A stretch of DNA of 64,000 nucleotides from the human T2T-CHM13v2.0 reference genome, Homo sapiens: NCBI RefSeq assembly GCF_009914755.1, contig NC_060937.1, one strand, 5' to 3'. A model generated the notes under the pieces. It had not been told where the DNA came from and made no database searches. It worked only from the letters and a program-made list of their open reading frames with translations. Both the position numbers and the translations under genes were made by a program. Of the stretch, positions 1 to 11,825 are shown one piece after another. Positions within the stretch are counted from its first letter, which is position 1. Each line of letters starts with the position of its first letter.

Positions 1-54
1 CTCCTCCCCAAGAACATCCATGGAACTCTCCCAGCAGGGAGGACCTCACTGTTA

Positions 55-620
55 TAAACAATGCCATCAGTGCCACTCACAGACTGTGGATGGTCCTTCT
101 GGCAAACCATGGTGCAGTGGTCATCGTGCTGCCCAGAGCAGCATCCTCACCATCACTGGCACGGCCAAGACTGTCATGAATCTGACTTGCCACCTTGAGA
201 ACATTGCCAAGTACAATGACATCAAGAATGTGGTGAAGCAGGTGATGGGGGCTTCCGAAGAGCCTCCTGAGCAACATTGAAGACTAGATTGTCTCCCATG
301 ACTCTAATAGTGTAACGCTGTGGATGCAGGGCCTGGCTTCACCCTCAATGACCACTTTGTTAAGCTTTTTAGTATGAATTTGATTATAGTAATCAGGTCT
401 CCCAAGGAGTAAGATAGCCTTGTTTCAAGGCTATTGAAACAAGTCCAATAGCCTTGAGGTACAAAGAGAGAGAGATTCCATCACTGGGAAGTCTTTGCCT
501 TGCCTCCACCCCCCAATACACTGAGAAACTCCCATCCTCAACACAGTTTCCACTCCAAGCCCCTGAAAAACCCTACCTTGTCGTGTACCATCAGGACCAT
601 TAATACCATACTCTACACTC
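55..620 (+). pseudogene. GAPDH: GAPDH processed pseudogene, 3' part (decayed, internal deletions)
   Basis: Translates to GAPDH-like segments (QTVDGPSGKPW, TGTAKTV, LTCHLENIAKYNDIKNVVKQ, LNDHFVK). Ends CCCAAGGAGTAA (stop 410-412), followed by GAPDH 3'UTR-like sequence (CCTTGTCGTGTACCATCA). No introns. The symbol is that of the parent gene. Confidence 0.88.
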
Positions 621-1240
621 AGATGAGGGAAATCTACATGAGCTCCCCACTGAGAATCACTTCTGAGCTCTCTAGTATGGCCTATCCCTTCCTAGTTAAT
701 CTCAGGTCTTCTGTCCTCACCACTAACCACTTATCCAACCCAGCACCATATATATCAGCCATACTGGGCTATTTGCTGTATTTTATCAACTCTGCGTTGG
801 TGACTACTGTTGCCCTTGTTCTAATGTTCTTTCTCTCATACTGGCAAGCCTGATAAATGATAGATAATCTTGAAAATGGGGTAGTGGAGAAAGGCCTTGA
901 TAATAAGAAGTTAGTAGCATGTAATTACCCACGGATAAGTAAATCACTGATGATTGTTGGTTGTGAAATAGCTAAACACATGATGCTACCTGAGAGACAT
1001 GACCCAAATGTCACTTTTTCTCCAGTGTTTTCTCGGCCCTATTTCTCCACCTCCCCCAAAAATATCTTCCTGCCAAAATTAATTATTTCTTCCTCTACTT
1101 TCGTGAGAAAACCAAGGCCATCATTTATGAGTTCTTTCATTTTCCATTCTCATTTCTTTTTTTAATGGTTCTTCAAATTGTGTTTCTTAATTTTACAATG
1201 CACCATTTCTTCCATGCAATGGACGAAAATCTGATACTGA

Positions 1241-1292
1241 ACCACAGAGCATTGCAGTTGTGCCCAACCATAGAGCATTGCAGTTGTGCCCA
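1241..1292. repeat. 26-bp tandem duplication in TCEAL pseudogene 3'UTR
   Basis: ACCACAGAGCATTGCAGTTGTGCCCA followed by ACCATAGAGCATTGCAGTTGTGCCCA (1 mismatch). Confidence 0.9.
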
Positions 1293-2061
1293 AAGGCTGT
1301 GGTAACAGAAGGGTGACTTAAAGCAAAGTATTGGCAGAAGGTTAAGCACAGGGCCTGGTAAATGCCTGTCAGGGGCAGATGCGTAAGAAGTGTCCTCAAT
1401 TCCCCTTTGTAGGACCTCACAGCCATGCTGAGTTCTCTTGGGTTCTTCAGGTGGAAGGGGTTCTATAAACTTCTTTACACCGACATAAGGCCTACCCCCA
1501 ATATTTGTCTGATTTTTTTCACCTCATCCTCCACCCTAGCCATCTCATCAAATTCTCTGATCATCTTCCCATTGCTCAAATGCATATCATGTATGGCCTT
1601 CTTATATTCCTTGAGGCATGAGCCAGCCCCCGGTTGGCTTTCTTTTGGCTTTCCTGGGTACAATGTCCTCAGTGGGGGGCTTCCCTGCAGCCTTTGTTTC
1701 CCCCTCTGACTCTCCTCCTTTTGGCTTTCCTTTGCTCTCTGGCTTCTCCTTATTCTTTAGCATTTTCCTCATCTTCCGCCTTTCTCTTGTTTTCTATCTT
1801 TCCATCATTTTCTAATTTTTCCTGGTTTTCCAGGGTACAAGCTGCTTCCAGGTTTCCTTCCTCCTGTGCTTGTTCTTCATTTTCCCTTTCCTTGGTTCAC
1901 AGGCTTTCCTTCATTGTCATGGTAGAGTTTTTCCATGTTGAGGCTTCCTCTCTCTTTCCTTATCTGTGGGGATTGGGGACAGGTTCTGCCTTTCTGTCTA
2001 GCCTACCCATGTGTGGGAACAATAGATATATGGACCAGAAAGCACCTGGAGCCACCATTAG

Positions 2062-2442
2062 TGATATGGTTTGGATTTGTGTCCCCATCCAAATCTCACA
2101 TCCAAATGTATTCCCCAACGTTGAAGGAGGGACCTAGTGGGAGGTGATTGGATCATGGGGGCAGATTCCCCCTTGTTGTTTTTGTGATAGTGAGTTCTCA
2201 CAACACCTGTTTGTTTTAAAAAGTATGTAGCACCTCCCCCTTCACTCTCTTCCTTTTGACCCAGCAATGTAAGACACGCCCCCTTCCTCTTCACCTTACA
2301 CCATGATTGTAAGTTTCCTAAGGCCTCCCCAGCCATGCTTCCCACACAGCCTATAGAACCATGAGCCAATTGAACTTCTTTTCTTTATAAATTACCCAGT
2401 CGCAGGCAGTCCTTTACAGCAATGCAAGAATGGACTGATACA
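2062..2442 (+). mobile_element. MaLR solo LTR (MSTA/MSTB-like)
   Basis: TGATATGGTTTGG...GACTGATACA termini; 5-bp TSD ATTAG (2057-2061, 2443-2447). Confidence 0.9.
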
Positions 2443-2786
2443 ATTAGGAACCCAAGGACCAGAGTAGATTGAGGCCGACCTGGGGGAGGAAGGGTAGAAG
2501 ACACCTGGATTCACATTCTCATTTCTAACGTTTGCTCCTGCGTACAAATTTGATCCCATCCCTTCCAGCCTGTTCTGGGACTTTGTTTCTTGGGTTCTTC
2601 TTGTAACAGTACCTTCATCCTTTCCCTCTGTTCTGAAGTCTGCCAGTCTGCCCACAGATTTGCATAGATGTCCCTACCCTAAATCACTGATCTCAGTGCC
2701 CTTTTAGCTAGTATCCTATTTCTAGCCTTTATCATCCAGCAGTTCCAGGGAGCACCATACCTATCTTGCCTCCATGTTGTTACTAA

Positions 2787-3196
<410 letters not shown>

Positions 3197-3661
3197 TAGA
3201 TGAGATGCCAAATACAGTGGCATTATTTTCAGTTTCCATTTAACATAGCTGACCTGTCTTAGCTTTTGAAATGTTCCCCTCCTGCGATGCCACAATTTCT
3301 TTAGTTTTCCTCCAGCCTTTCCAAGTGCACCCCTCCAGACTCCCACATGGATTCTTCCTTTTCTTCTCCTCCCTCATCATAGGTATGTCTTTGTTCCTCT
3401 TCTCTTTTATTGAATGTCACTCTTTCACAACTTTCACCAGCATTCCTGCATGGATGAGTCTCATGAAAGTCTTCACCTCTCTGCCAAGCCCTGGTTCTGA
3501 TTTCCATCTGCCTAGGCCTCCACCTACAGGTACCATCAAGCCTTGGGACAACATGTCTACAACTAATTTGCATCAGCTCTTTTCCAGAGGTAACATTGGG
3601 TCTATCAATTATTTTTTCCTTCAAGTAGAACCACATTAATTCATGAACAAAAGTAAAGATC

Positions 3662-4045
3662 TGTTCTGCAATGAGCAGGCCTATGCAAACCTACACCCAA
3701 AATCCAAAGAAGCTGAGTGGAAGAAAGAGGCTGACAAATTCAGTTTCTCAGAAAGAAAGATTTAATAGAGACTTAAAAACAGAAGCCTTTATGTCCTGGA
3801 CCCAGGCAAGACAAGATGGTGGATTCCCACACCCATACCCACTAGATCCAGGGCTTATGTACCACAGGGAAGGAACAGAACTTACAGGGAAAGGAAAGAG
3901 TACTACGTGAATCTGCATAAGTACAAGCTCTTATACAAGGAACAGTAGATAAAATGGAAATCTTAGAGGCTTTCCCAGAACTGGGGTTAATCTGAAGTCA
4001 ACTTGATGGATTAGCATCCAAGATGGAGTTGCTTTAGCCTCCGTA
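3662..4045 (-). mobile_element. ERV1-class solo LTR (subfamily uncertain)
   Basis: Minus strand begins T(A)CGGAGGCTAAAGCAACTCCATCTTGGATGCTAATCC, typical of MER4-group LTRs, and ends AACA; flanked by direct repeat AGATC. Confidence 0.7.
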
Positions 4046-5479
4046 AGATCTCTCCTACTTTAAAAGGCTTCCAGAAATAATAATTTCCTAAGGTCCTTTG
4101 GCAAATAAACTTTATAAAACAGGCTACAGAGAACTAAAGGGAAAATGATGATGCTTTTACACCTTAAGATAGACATAGTTGTGTAATTTAAAGCTATAGA
4201 TCAAAAAAGGCTCATTTTACAACGAAAATCATTTCTAGGGAAGCACATAGAGAGTGTTAGATGGATTCTTAAAAGACAAGTTAGGCTTAAGAGTATTTTT
4301 GAGGGATCATTTATTTAAGATAGAAAGCAAAACAAGATCTTGGAAAAATAGATGTTGTATGAGTACAAAGATTATTTCTATTCTAATTATGTTAATTTAA
4401 TTCATTTCCTCCATGGGGATCATGCTACTAAAGATTTTGAAAGATTTAGTCATTTTCTTCTGTTATAGATTTACTTTAATTCCATATTTTTAAAGCTTTT
4501 TACCTTTTGGACTACTGCCTTTTTGTACAAAATATTCCCATTGGAAGAAATATTTCTGACTAACCCTTTAAAATATGAAAAAAACAACATCTATTCTGGA
4601 ATGCTGGCTGCTCTTTGAATAATAAATCTTCCTACAGTTAAAAATGAATAATTAAAGTCTGTTTTAGAGACTTGATTTCAGAGAAAGGAAGCTCAGTAAT
4701 TAAAGAAAAAACGAAAATGGAAACTGGTCAGAAATGAATAACAATTGTTCATTTCCATTTAAAAGAATCTCTCAAGCACTAAGTTTTATTCAAATTACCT
4801 AGGAGGCTACTCTATTTATTTTTTTCCAAGTAGTCTCAGAGTTTGAGTAAAGGAAATGTAAGCTATGTAATTTTGGTTCTATAAGATAAAAATGAAAAGC
4901 AATTCAAAAGTTCATGTTTCAGTAGGAGTTGTGAAAGAGGGAAATATTGGTAAGGATGGGTTAATCTGAGGCCACTGGCCAAGCCCCTCTGCTCACTCCT
5001 CACAGTGGCCTCTTCCTGGGGAATCCTAGCCAGGGAAGGTCACTACACGATGGAGGTTTATGATTGCTATGCCTTCAAAGCTTATCTATCCCTCAACCTC
5101 TCCAAGCCAACAAGGAACTGCTGGTCATTAAAGAGCTGCTGCAACTCTCCAGGATAGGTCAAGGACCTCAGATAAAACTAACCTCAACCAAGGCCCGCTA
5201 GCCACTCTCACCATGTGGCAGACAGATGCATTCAATATCATGGTGGCTTTTAGCTCAGCCCCATCAGCAAGAGAGATGCATAGGACACCACGGGTCCAGG
5301 AGAGAACCCAAAAGACCCCAGCCCTCCTCTCCAACAACATCTCAGCATCTCATGGAATCCCACAGGAGAGGATCACAAGAGGAAAATAAATTTCACTTCT
5401 CTTTTTCTAGACTAATAATCTTTACTTTCCAATTACAATTTATGGCATTCAAAATGATTTATTATCTTATTTGTCACCT

Positions 5480-6150
5480 TCATAAAATTTTAAGTTGTAC
5501 TCCAGATGACTGAAAAATAGCTTAGCAAAGATCAAACAAACCAAAACCAAAACCGCTAATTGCCTATTATTGGTTGCAAGAGCTTCATTTTTAATGTAGC
5601 CTCTATCGCCAAAACTCTGTTTAATGAAGAAACTAAAGTAGTAAAGACTGATCCTCATAGGCAAGGCTTCAAATCTCATGAAAAGTTTAGCCATCATCAA
5701 GAAGTCTTACTATTCAAGGTTATATGTGGGGCAGTAATGCGGGTTTTGTTGGTGGTGTGCATTCCAGTGGGTTCCAAATGGCATTTGATGAGATATCTTT
5801 GAAAGTGTTTATTCTGTTTGCTGGTCTTGGATGCTCTATCTATATTAACCACTGTATTTATATTAACTTTCTTGTTTTTTTTCAGATAGCTTTGTGTCAT
5901 GTGCTGAAGTATGGCTATCTTTCCAAATTATTTATGTGTAATGTAATAGAAAGCTTGTACCCAAAATGTTAGATAGCTTACTTTTGTTCCACTATTTTCA
6001 CCAAATATGCACAAACCCAATTGGATTAACATACTTGAAACTTTTCAAAGTAATAATTCATTCAAGGTGTACTTTTTAATGTTTTAGTATTGCATATTAT
6101 TAAATGGGATAGTGTGATGAGTAGAAGGCACAATTTCTGACTTGGAGAAA
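5480..6150 (+). mobile_element. Possible highly decayed hAT (Tip100/Zaphod-like) transposase fragment
   Basis: Frame-shifting motifs GCKSF...GFKSHEKFSHHQE (TTF-type zinc finger-like) and LFSPNMHKPNWINILE (resembles Y.SP.IQNE.I.IL). Confidence 0.3.
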
Positions 6151-6165
6151 GTTTCATTTGGATAG

Positions 6166-6495
<330 letters not shown>

Positions 6496-6739
6496 TGGGA
6501 ATTAGGTAAGTCTTAATACAAGCAAGTACACTATGACTTAGTATGAATTAAGTCATGGCCATGTTTTGTTTGATTTTTTTCTAATTCTTATTTTGTTGCT
6601 CTTTTAACATGTTTAACATTTTCTACATATTTGTTGTGTACATAATGTGATTGATTTTTTTATATTAAATACGTGTTCATTGTATATATGTATCTAGTGC
6701 ATTTGCTAACGTCTTTTTAAAATTATAATAATGCCCCTT

Positions 6740-8508
6740 TTTTTAAAACTTTTATTTTAGGTTCAAGAATACATGTGCAAGTTTTTTGTGTAGTTAAACT
6801 CATGTCATGGGGGTTTGTTGTACAGATTATTTCATCACCCAGGTACTACACCTAGTACCAAATAGTTATTTTTTCTGCTCCTCCCCCTCCACCCACCCTC
6901 CACCCTCAGGTAGGCCCCAGCGTCTGTTTTTCCCCTTTGTGTCCGTGTGTTCTCATCATTTCACTCCCTCTTATAAGTGAGAACCTGCCGTATTTGGTTT
7001 TCTGTTCCTGCATTAGTTTGCTAGGGATAATGGCCTCCAGCTTCCTCCATGTTTCTGCAAAGGACATGATCTTGTTCTCTTTTTATGGCTACATAGTATT
7101 CCATGGTGTATATATACCATATTTTCTTTATCCAGTCTATCATTGATGGGCATTTAGGTTGATTCCATGTCTTGGTTATTGTGAATAGTGCTGCAATGAA
7201 CATACACGTGCATGTGTCTTTATGATAGAACAATTTATATTACTTTGAATATACACTCAGTAATGGGATTGTTGGGTGGAATGGTAGTTCTGCTTTTAGC
7301 TCTTTGAGGAATTGCCACACTGCTTTCCACAATGGTTGAACTAATTCATACTCCTACCAACAGTGTATAAGCAGTCCCTTTCCTCTGCAACCTTGCCAGC
7401 ATCTGTTATTTTTTGACTTTTTAATAACAGTCATTCTGACTGGTGTGAGATGGTATTGTGGTTTTGATTTGCATTTCCCTAATGATCAGTGATATTGAGC
7501 TTTTTTTCATAGACTTGTTGACCACATGTATGTCTTCTTTTGAAAAGTGTCTGTTCATGTCCTTTGCCCCCTTTTCAATAGGGTTGTTTGGTTTTCTTAT
7601 AAATTTAAGTTCCTTATAGATGCTGGATATTAGACCATTGTCAGATGCATAATTTGCGAAAATTTTCTCCCATTTTGTAGGTTGTCTGTTTACTCTCTTG
7701 ATAGTTTCCTCCTGACAGTTTCCTTTGCTATGCAGAAGTCTTAAGTTTAATTACATCTCATTTGAAAAATTTTGCTTTTGTTGCAATTGTTTTTGGCATC
7801 TTCATCATGAAATCTTTGCCAGTTCCTATGTCCAGAATGGTATTGCCTAGGTTGTCTTCAGAGTTTTTGCAGTTTTTGGTTTTACATTTGTCTTTGATCC
7901 ATCTTGAGTTGATTTTTACATATGGTATAAGGAAGAGGTCCAGTTTTAATATTTTGCATGTGGCTAACTAGTTATCCCAGCACCATTTATTGAATAGGGT
8001 GTCCTTTCCTCATTCCTTGTTTTTGTCCACTTTGTCAAAGGTCATATGGTTGTAGGTGTGCAGCCTTATTTCTGGGCTCTCTATTATGTTCCATTGGTCT
8101 GTGTCTGTTTTTGTACCAGTACCATGCTGTTTTTGTTACTGTAGCCCTGTAGTACAGTTTGAAGTCAGGTAGCATGATGCCTCCAGCTTTGTTCATTTTG
8201 TTTAGGATTTCCTTGGCTGTTCAGGCTCTTTCATTGTTCCATACAAATTTTAAAATAGTTTTTTCTAGTTCTGTGAAGAATGTCATTGGTAGTTTAATAG
8301 GAATAGCTTTGAATCTATAAATTACTTTGGGTCATAAGATCATTTTAACAATATTTATTCTTCCTATCCATGAACATGGAATGGTCTTCCATATGTTTGT
8401 GTCATCTCTGATTTCTTTAAGCAGTATTTTGTAATTCTTATTGTAGAGATTTTCACCTCCCTGGTTAGCTGTATTCCTAGGTATTTTATTCTTTTTGTGA
8501 TGATTGTG
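6740..8508 (-). mobile_element. 5'-truncated L1 (L1PA13-16/L1PB-like), 3'UTR plus ORF2 C-terminus
   Basis: L1 3' end (TTTTATTTTAGGTTCAAGAATACATGTGCA) and ORF2 peptide TCTCMFIAALFTITKTWNQPKCPSMIDWIKKIWYIYTMEYY. Confidence 0.93.
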
Positions 8509-9614
8509 TATTTTCTTTTTTAATGTAAATAATTGTTATCTATGAGTAATACATCTTTATTCTTCCTTTCTTATCTTTGTATCTTTTATACAATTTTCTT
8601 ATTTTTTACTTACTGACTGTGACCTCCAATTCATGTTGAAAAGATGTGTTATAAAGGCATCCTTGTCTCATCTTGATTTTAAAGTGGATGTTTCTAGTAG
8701 TTTACCAATAAGGATGATATTTGCTGCAGGTTTTTGGTATTAATAGATACATTTGATCAGGTTAATGATGGTTTTTTCTATTCCCAGTTTGCTAAGAGAT
8801 TTATCTTGAAAATATATTGAACTTGAATGCATTTTTAAAATCTTTTGAGATGACCATAGATTTTCTTATTCAATCTTAAAATGGAGAATTATAGTAACAT
8901 ACTTTTCTATGTAGAACCATCTTTGCATTCCTGGCATAAACTTAGTTACTAAGTATTACTAATTGCATGATTCTCTTTGATAATATTTTATTTAGTATTT
9001 TCACATTTATGTTCTTAAGATTGGCAAGTAATTTTTCTCAAAAGTTCTGGATTGAGTATCAAAGTTATACAAGCTCCATAAAGTATTTGGAGGAATTTCT
9101 CCTCTTTTGCTATTCTATGGAGGAGATCTATTTCCTAAATTACCTATTCCTTAAATGTGGTAAAAGAATTCACTTATAAAATTCTCTTAGCCTGATATTT
9201 ATTGGGTGTCAAAGTCATAATTATTTCTTTAATGGTTATAGGTATAGTCAAGGTTTTCAATTCTTAATTCATTTCTATAAATAAATATCAAGAGTTATAT
9301 AAATGTATCTATTTCACTTAAATTTTCACATATTTTGACTGTGTGGTTAATATTTATACCTATTATATATGTGTTTAAGAAAAAATGTATATTCTTTAAC
9401 TGTTGGGTTCAAGAGTTTGACTGTTTCTTAAATCCAGTTTTGTTAATTATATCATTCAAATCATTTTTATAGTTACACTTTGCTTTAGCTACAAATTACC
9501 ATGAGAAGTATGTTAAGATCACCTACTCTAATGGTGAATGGATTTTCCGTTAGTAATTCTGTCATGTTTTGTTTTATGTATTATAAAGATATGTTCTTAG
9601 GTGAATTCAAGTAT

Positions 9615-10377
9615 GTTGATGGGGCGAATGTGTGGATGGAAAATCTTTTGCTGAAGAGATCAGGCAGGTGACTTATGGATTCAGTCAGTCCTCGAAGGAG
9701 AAGCCAGGATTAGAAATGTGGTTAGACAGGAAAGATACGTAGCGGATCTTCTTATCTAATGGTATGAATCCCCATGACACACACCACAGGCCCACAAGGT
9801 TTCTGAGAATGTTATACAAGTAGAAACATTGTCGTCTTGAAGTGAAAGGGAAGAGACTGGATAAAATAGAAGAAAGTCATCAGCCTCCCAGGATTCTACA
9901 GGCAGGAAAGAGCTGATAGAGTTAACTCTGAGCCTCTGTGGACCCAGAAGTGGTGCCTTCAGACAAAGGGGATATTGTCACAGCTTGAAACTTAATGGAG
10001 TTTACTCTCCTGGGTTTCGAACCTGCTTGGGACCAGGGACCCTTTTATTTCTTCCAATTTCTGCATTTTTGAATGGGAATGTCTAACCTATGCCTGTCTT
10101 GCTGCTGTGTTTTGAAAGCAGATAACGTGTTGTCTAGTTCACAAGTCCACAGACGGAGAGGAATTTTACCCAGGATGAATCATACCCAGAATCTCCCCAT
10201 CCTGCAGATCAGTGACTTACATGACAAGGTTAGGAACTTTTGGAGTGGACAATATTTAGAAAATATTTTGAATTTAGAGTTGATGCTGGAATTAGTGAAG
10301 ACTTTGGGTAATCTTGGACTGGAATTCATGTATTTTTATGTGGAACAGACATGAATTTTAGGGGACCAGAGGACAAC
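9615..10377 (+). mobile_element. MLT1 internal sequence (MaLR-int)
   Basis: MaLR internal motifs (GAATGGGAATGTCTAACCTATGCCTGT; GACATGAATTTTAGGGGACCAGAGG polypurine end) immediately before an MLT1 LTR. Confidence 0.75.
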
Positions 10378-10826
10378 TATAGTTATTCCTCATCCTATTT
10401 CCTGGTACTTGTGACTGTGACCTTATTTAGAATAGAGTCTTCAACAACATAATTAAGTTAATGATCTAAGGATGAGATCATCCTGGATTTCAGGTGGGCC
10501 CTAAATCCAATGACTGGTGTCCTCATAAGAGGAGGGAGAGGGAGATTTGACAGAGACATTTGGAGGAAGACAATGTTAAGATGGAGGTAAAGATTAGAGT
10601 GATGTGTCTACAAGCCAAGAACACCAAGAATTGCTAGCAGCCATTAGATGATGGGAGAGAGAGTCATGGCATGAATTCCCCCCTAGAGCCTCCAGGAGGA
10701 ACCAACACTTACAATGCTTGAATTTGAACTTCTGACCTCAGAACTGTGAGAGAATACATTTCTGATCATAAGCCACTCAGTTTGGGGTAATTTGTTATAG
10801 CTGAGAGACCTAGGAAATTAATGCAA
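10378..10826 (+). mobile_element. MLT1B/C LTR
   Basis: GGTGGGCCCTAAATCCAATGACTGGTGTCCTCATAAG, CAGAACTGTGAGAGAATACATTTCTG, ending GGAAATTAATGCA. Confidence 0.85.
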
Positions 10827-11664
10827 TGGTATCTATCTTTCCATTCTTTTATAGATTCTGCATTCCTATATTTCAATCGTGTCAGATAAAGAGAATAAAC
10901 TGGGTATCTTTTTATCTAATTTAACACTCTTTCTTTGAGAGTCGCAAGTTCGGTTCATTTAAGTCTATTTTTATTGCTGATATACTTTAAAATATTTCTA
11001 TTGTCCCATTTTGTGTTTTCTATTTGTCCTACTCTTTTATGCTTTTCTCTTCCTTTCTTTTTGTCTTTTGATTGATTCTATTTTTTAACCTTTTAATTTC
11101 AAAATTTTGAAAGTTATTCATTCTATTCTTACTCCTTTAGGAATAAACTTTAATAAGCTAATATTCATATATAACTAAAAATTAATCAATATCTCTAAGA
11201 AATAAAAGCTCTACCTAAGAAATAAAATATCTCTAAGAAACAAAGGCTCTTAGAAAGCTTTACCTAAAATCACCTAGCTCACCAGATATTTTTACCACAT
11301 TTCTAATACTAATTTCATTTTTTCACCTGCAAAAGTAAATATTAAATAGGCTCAACATTTTAGATGTACCCACACATTAACCCTTTGCTCATCAATCGTT
11401 GTTGAATCTCAGACACATTCTTTGTTTATTTCTTCTTCTTCCTAAAGTAAGTCGTTTAGAAGTTCCTTTCTGAGGATCTGTTTGTAATAAACCCTTAATA
11501 CTTAGTTGTCCAAAAATATCTCATTTTACTCTCCTTCTTAAATGCAATTTTAGCCAAGTGTATTTTACCAATTAGATAATTATTTTCTTTCAGCATTTTG
11601 AAAATATTATTTTCCATCTTAGGGCCTCTACTGCTGATGTTGAGAAGTCTGCTCTTACACTCAT

Positions 11665-11825
11665 TGAGTGCCGCCCAAAAGTGTGGCCTATGGAGTTGGT
11701 TAGCAATGTAGCTCTTAGACTTCACCCTAGATCAACTGAATCTGAATCTTAAAGTGGTAGGGCCCAGGAATCTACATGTTTGTTTACTTGCTTTCTGGAT
11801 AGGTCATTAGAAGTTGAGAACCTTA
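11665..11825. mobile_element. MER5-type hAT-Charlie MITE
   Basis: ACTGAATCTGAATCTT...GGGCCCAGGAATCT...AGTTGAGAACC motifs. Confidence 0.65.

Larger units (their letters stand above)
1155..2680 (-). pseudogene. TCEAL4: TCEAL4/TCEAL2-like pseudogene (frameshifted; CDS homology ~1936->1378), interrupted upstream of the ATG by an MST LTR
   Basis: Minus strand ATGGAAAAACTCTAC (MEKLY) at 1936. Motifs RAAGKRP.EDIVPRKAKRK and LKEYKKAIHDMHLSNGKMIREFDEMARVEDEVKK match the TCEAL2/4 C-terminal domain. TCEAL4-like 3'UTR (GGCATTTACCAGGCC...GGTGCATTGTAAAATT) ends in an A-rich remnant at ~1155-1163. The symbol is the likely parent. Confidence 0.85.

Noticed and set aside
1634-2137. 167-aa ORF on + strand
   Set aside because: Antisense shadow of the purine-rich TCEAL pseudogene running into an LTR; S/F/L-biased, no independent family resemblance.
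4930-5390. GC-richer island, probably an old LTR
   Set aside because: I could not define termini, TSD or family.
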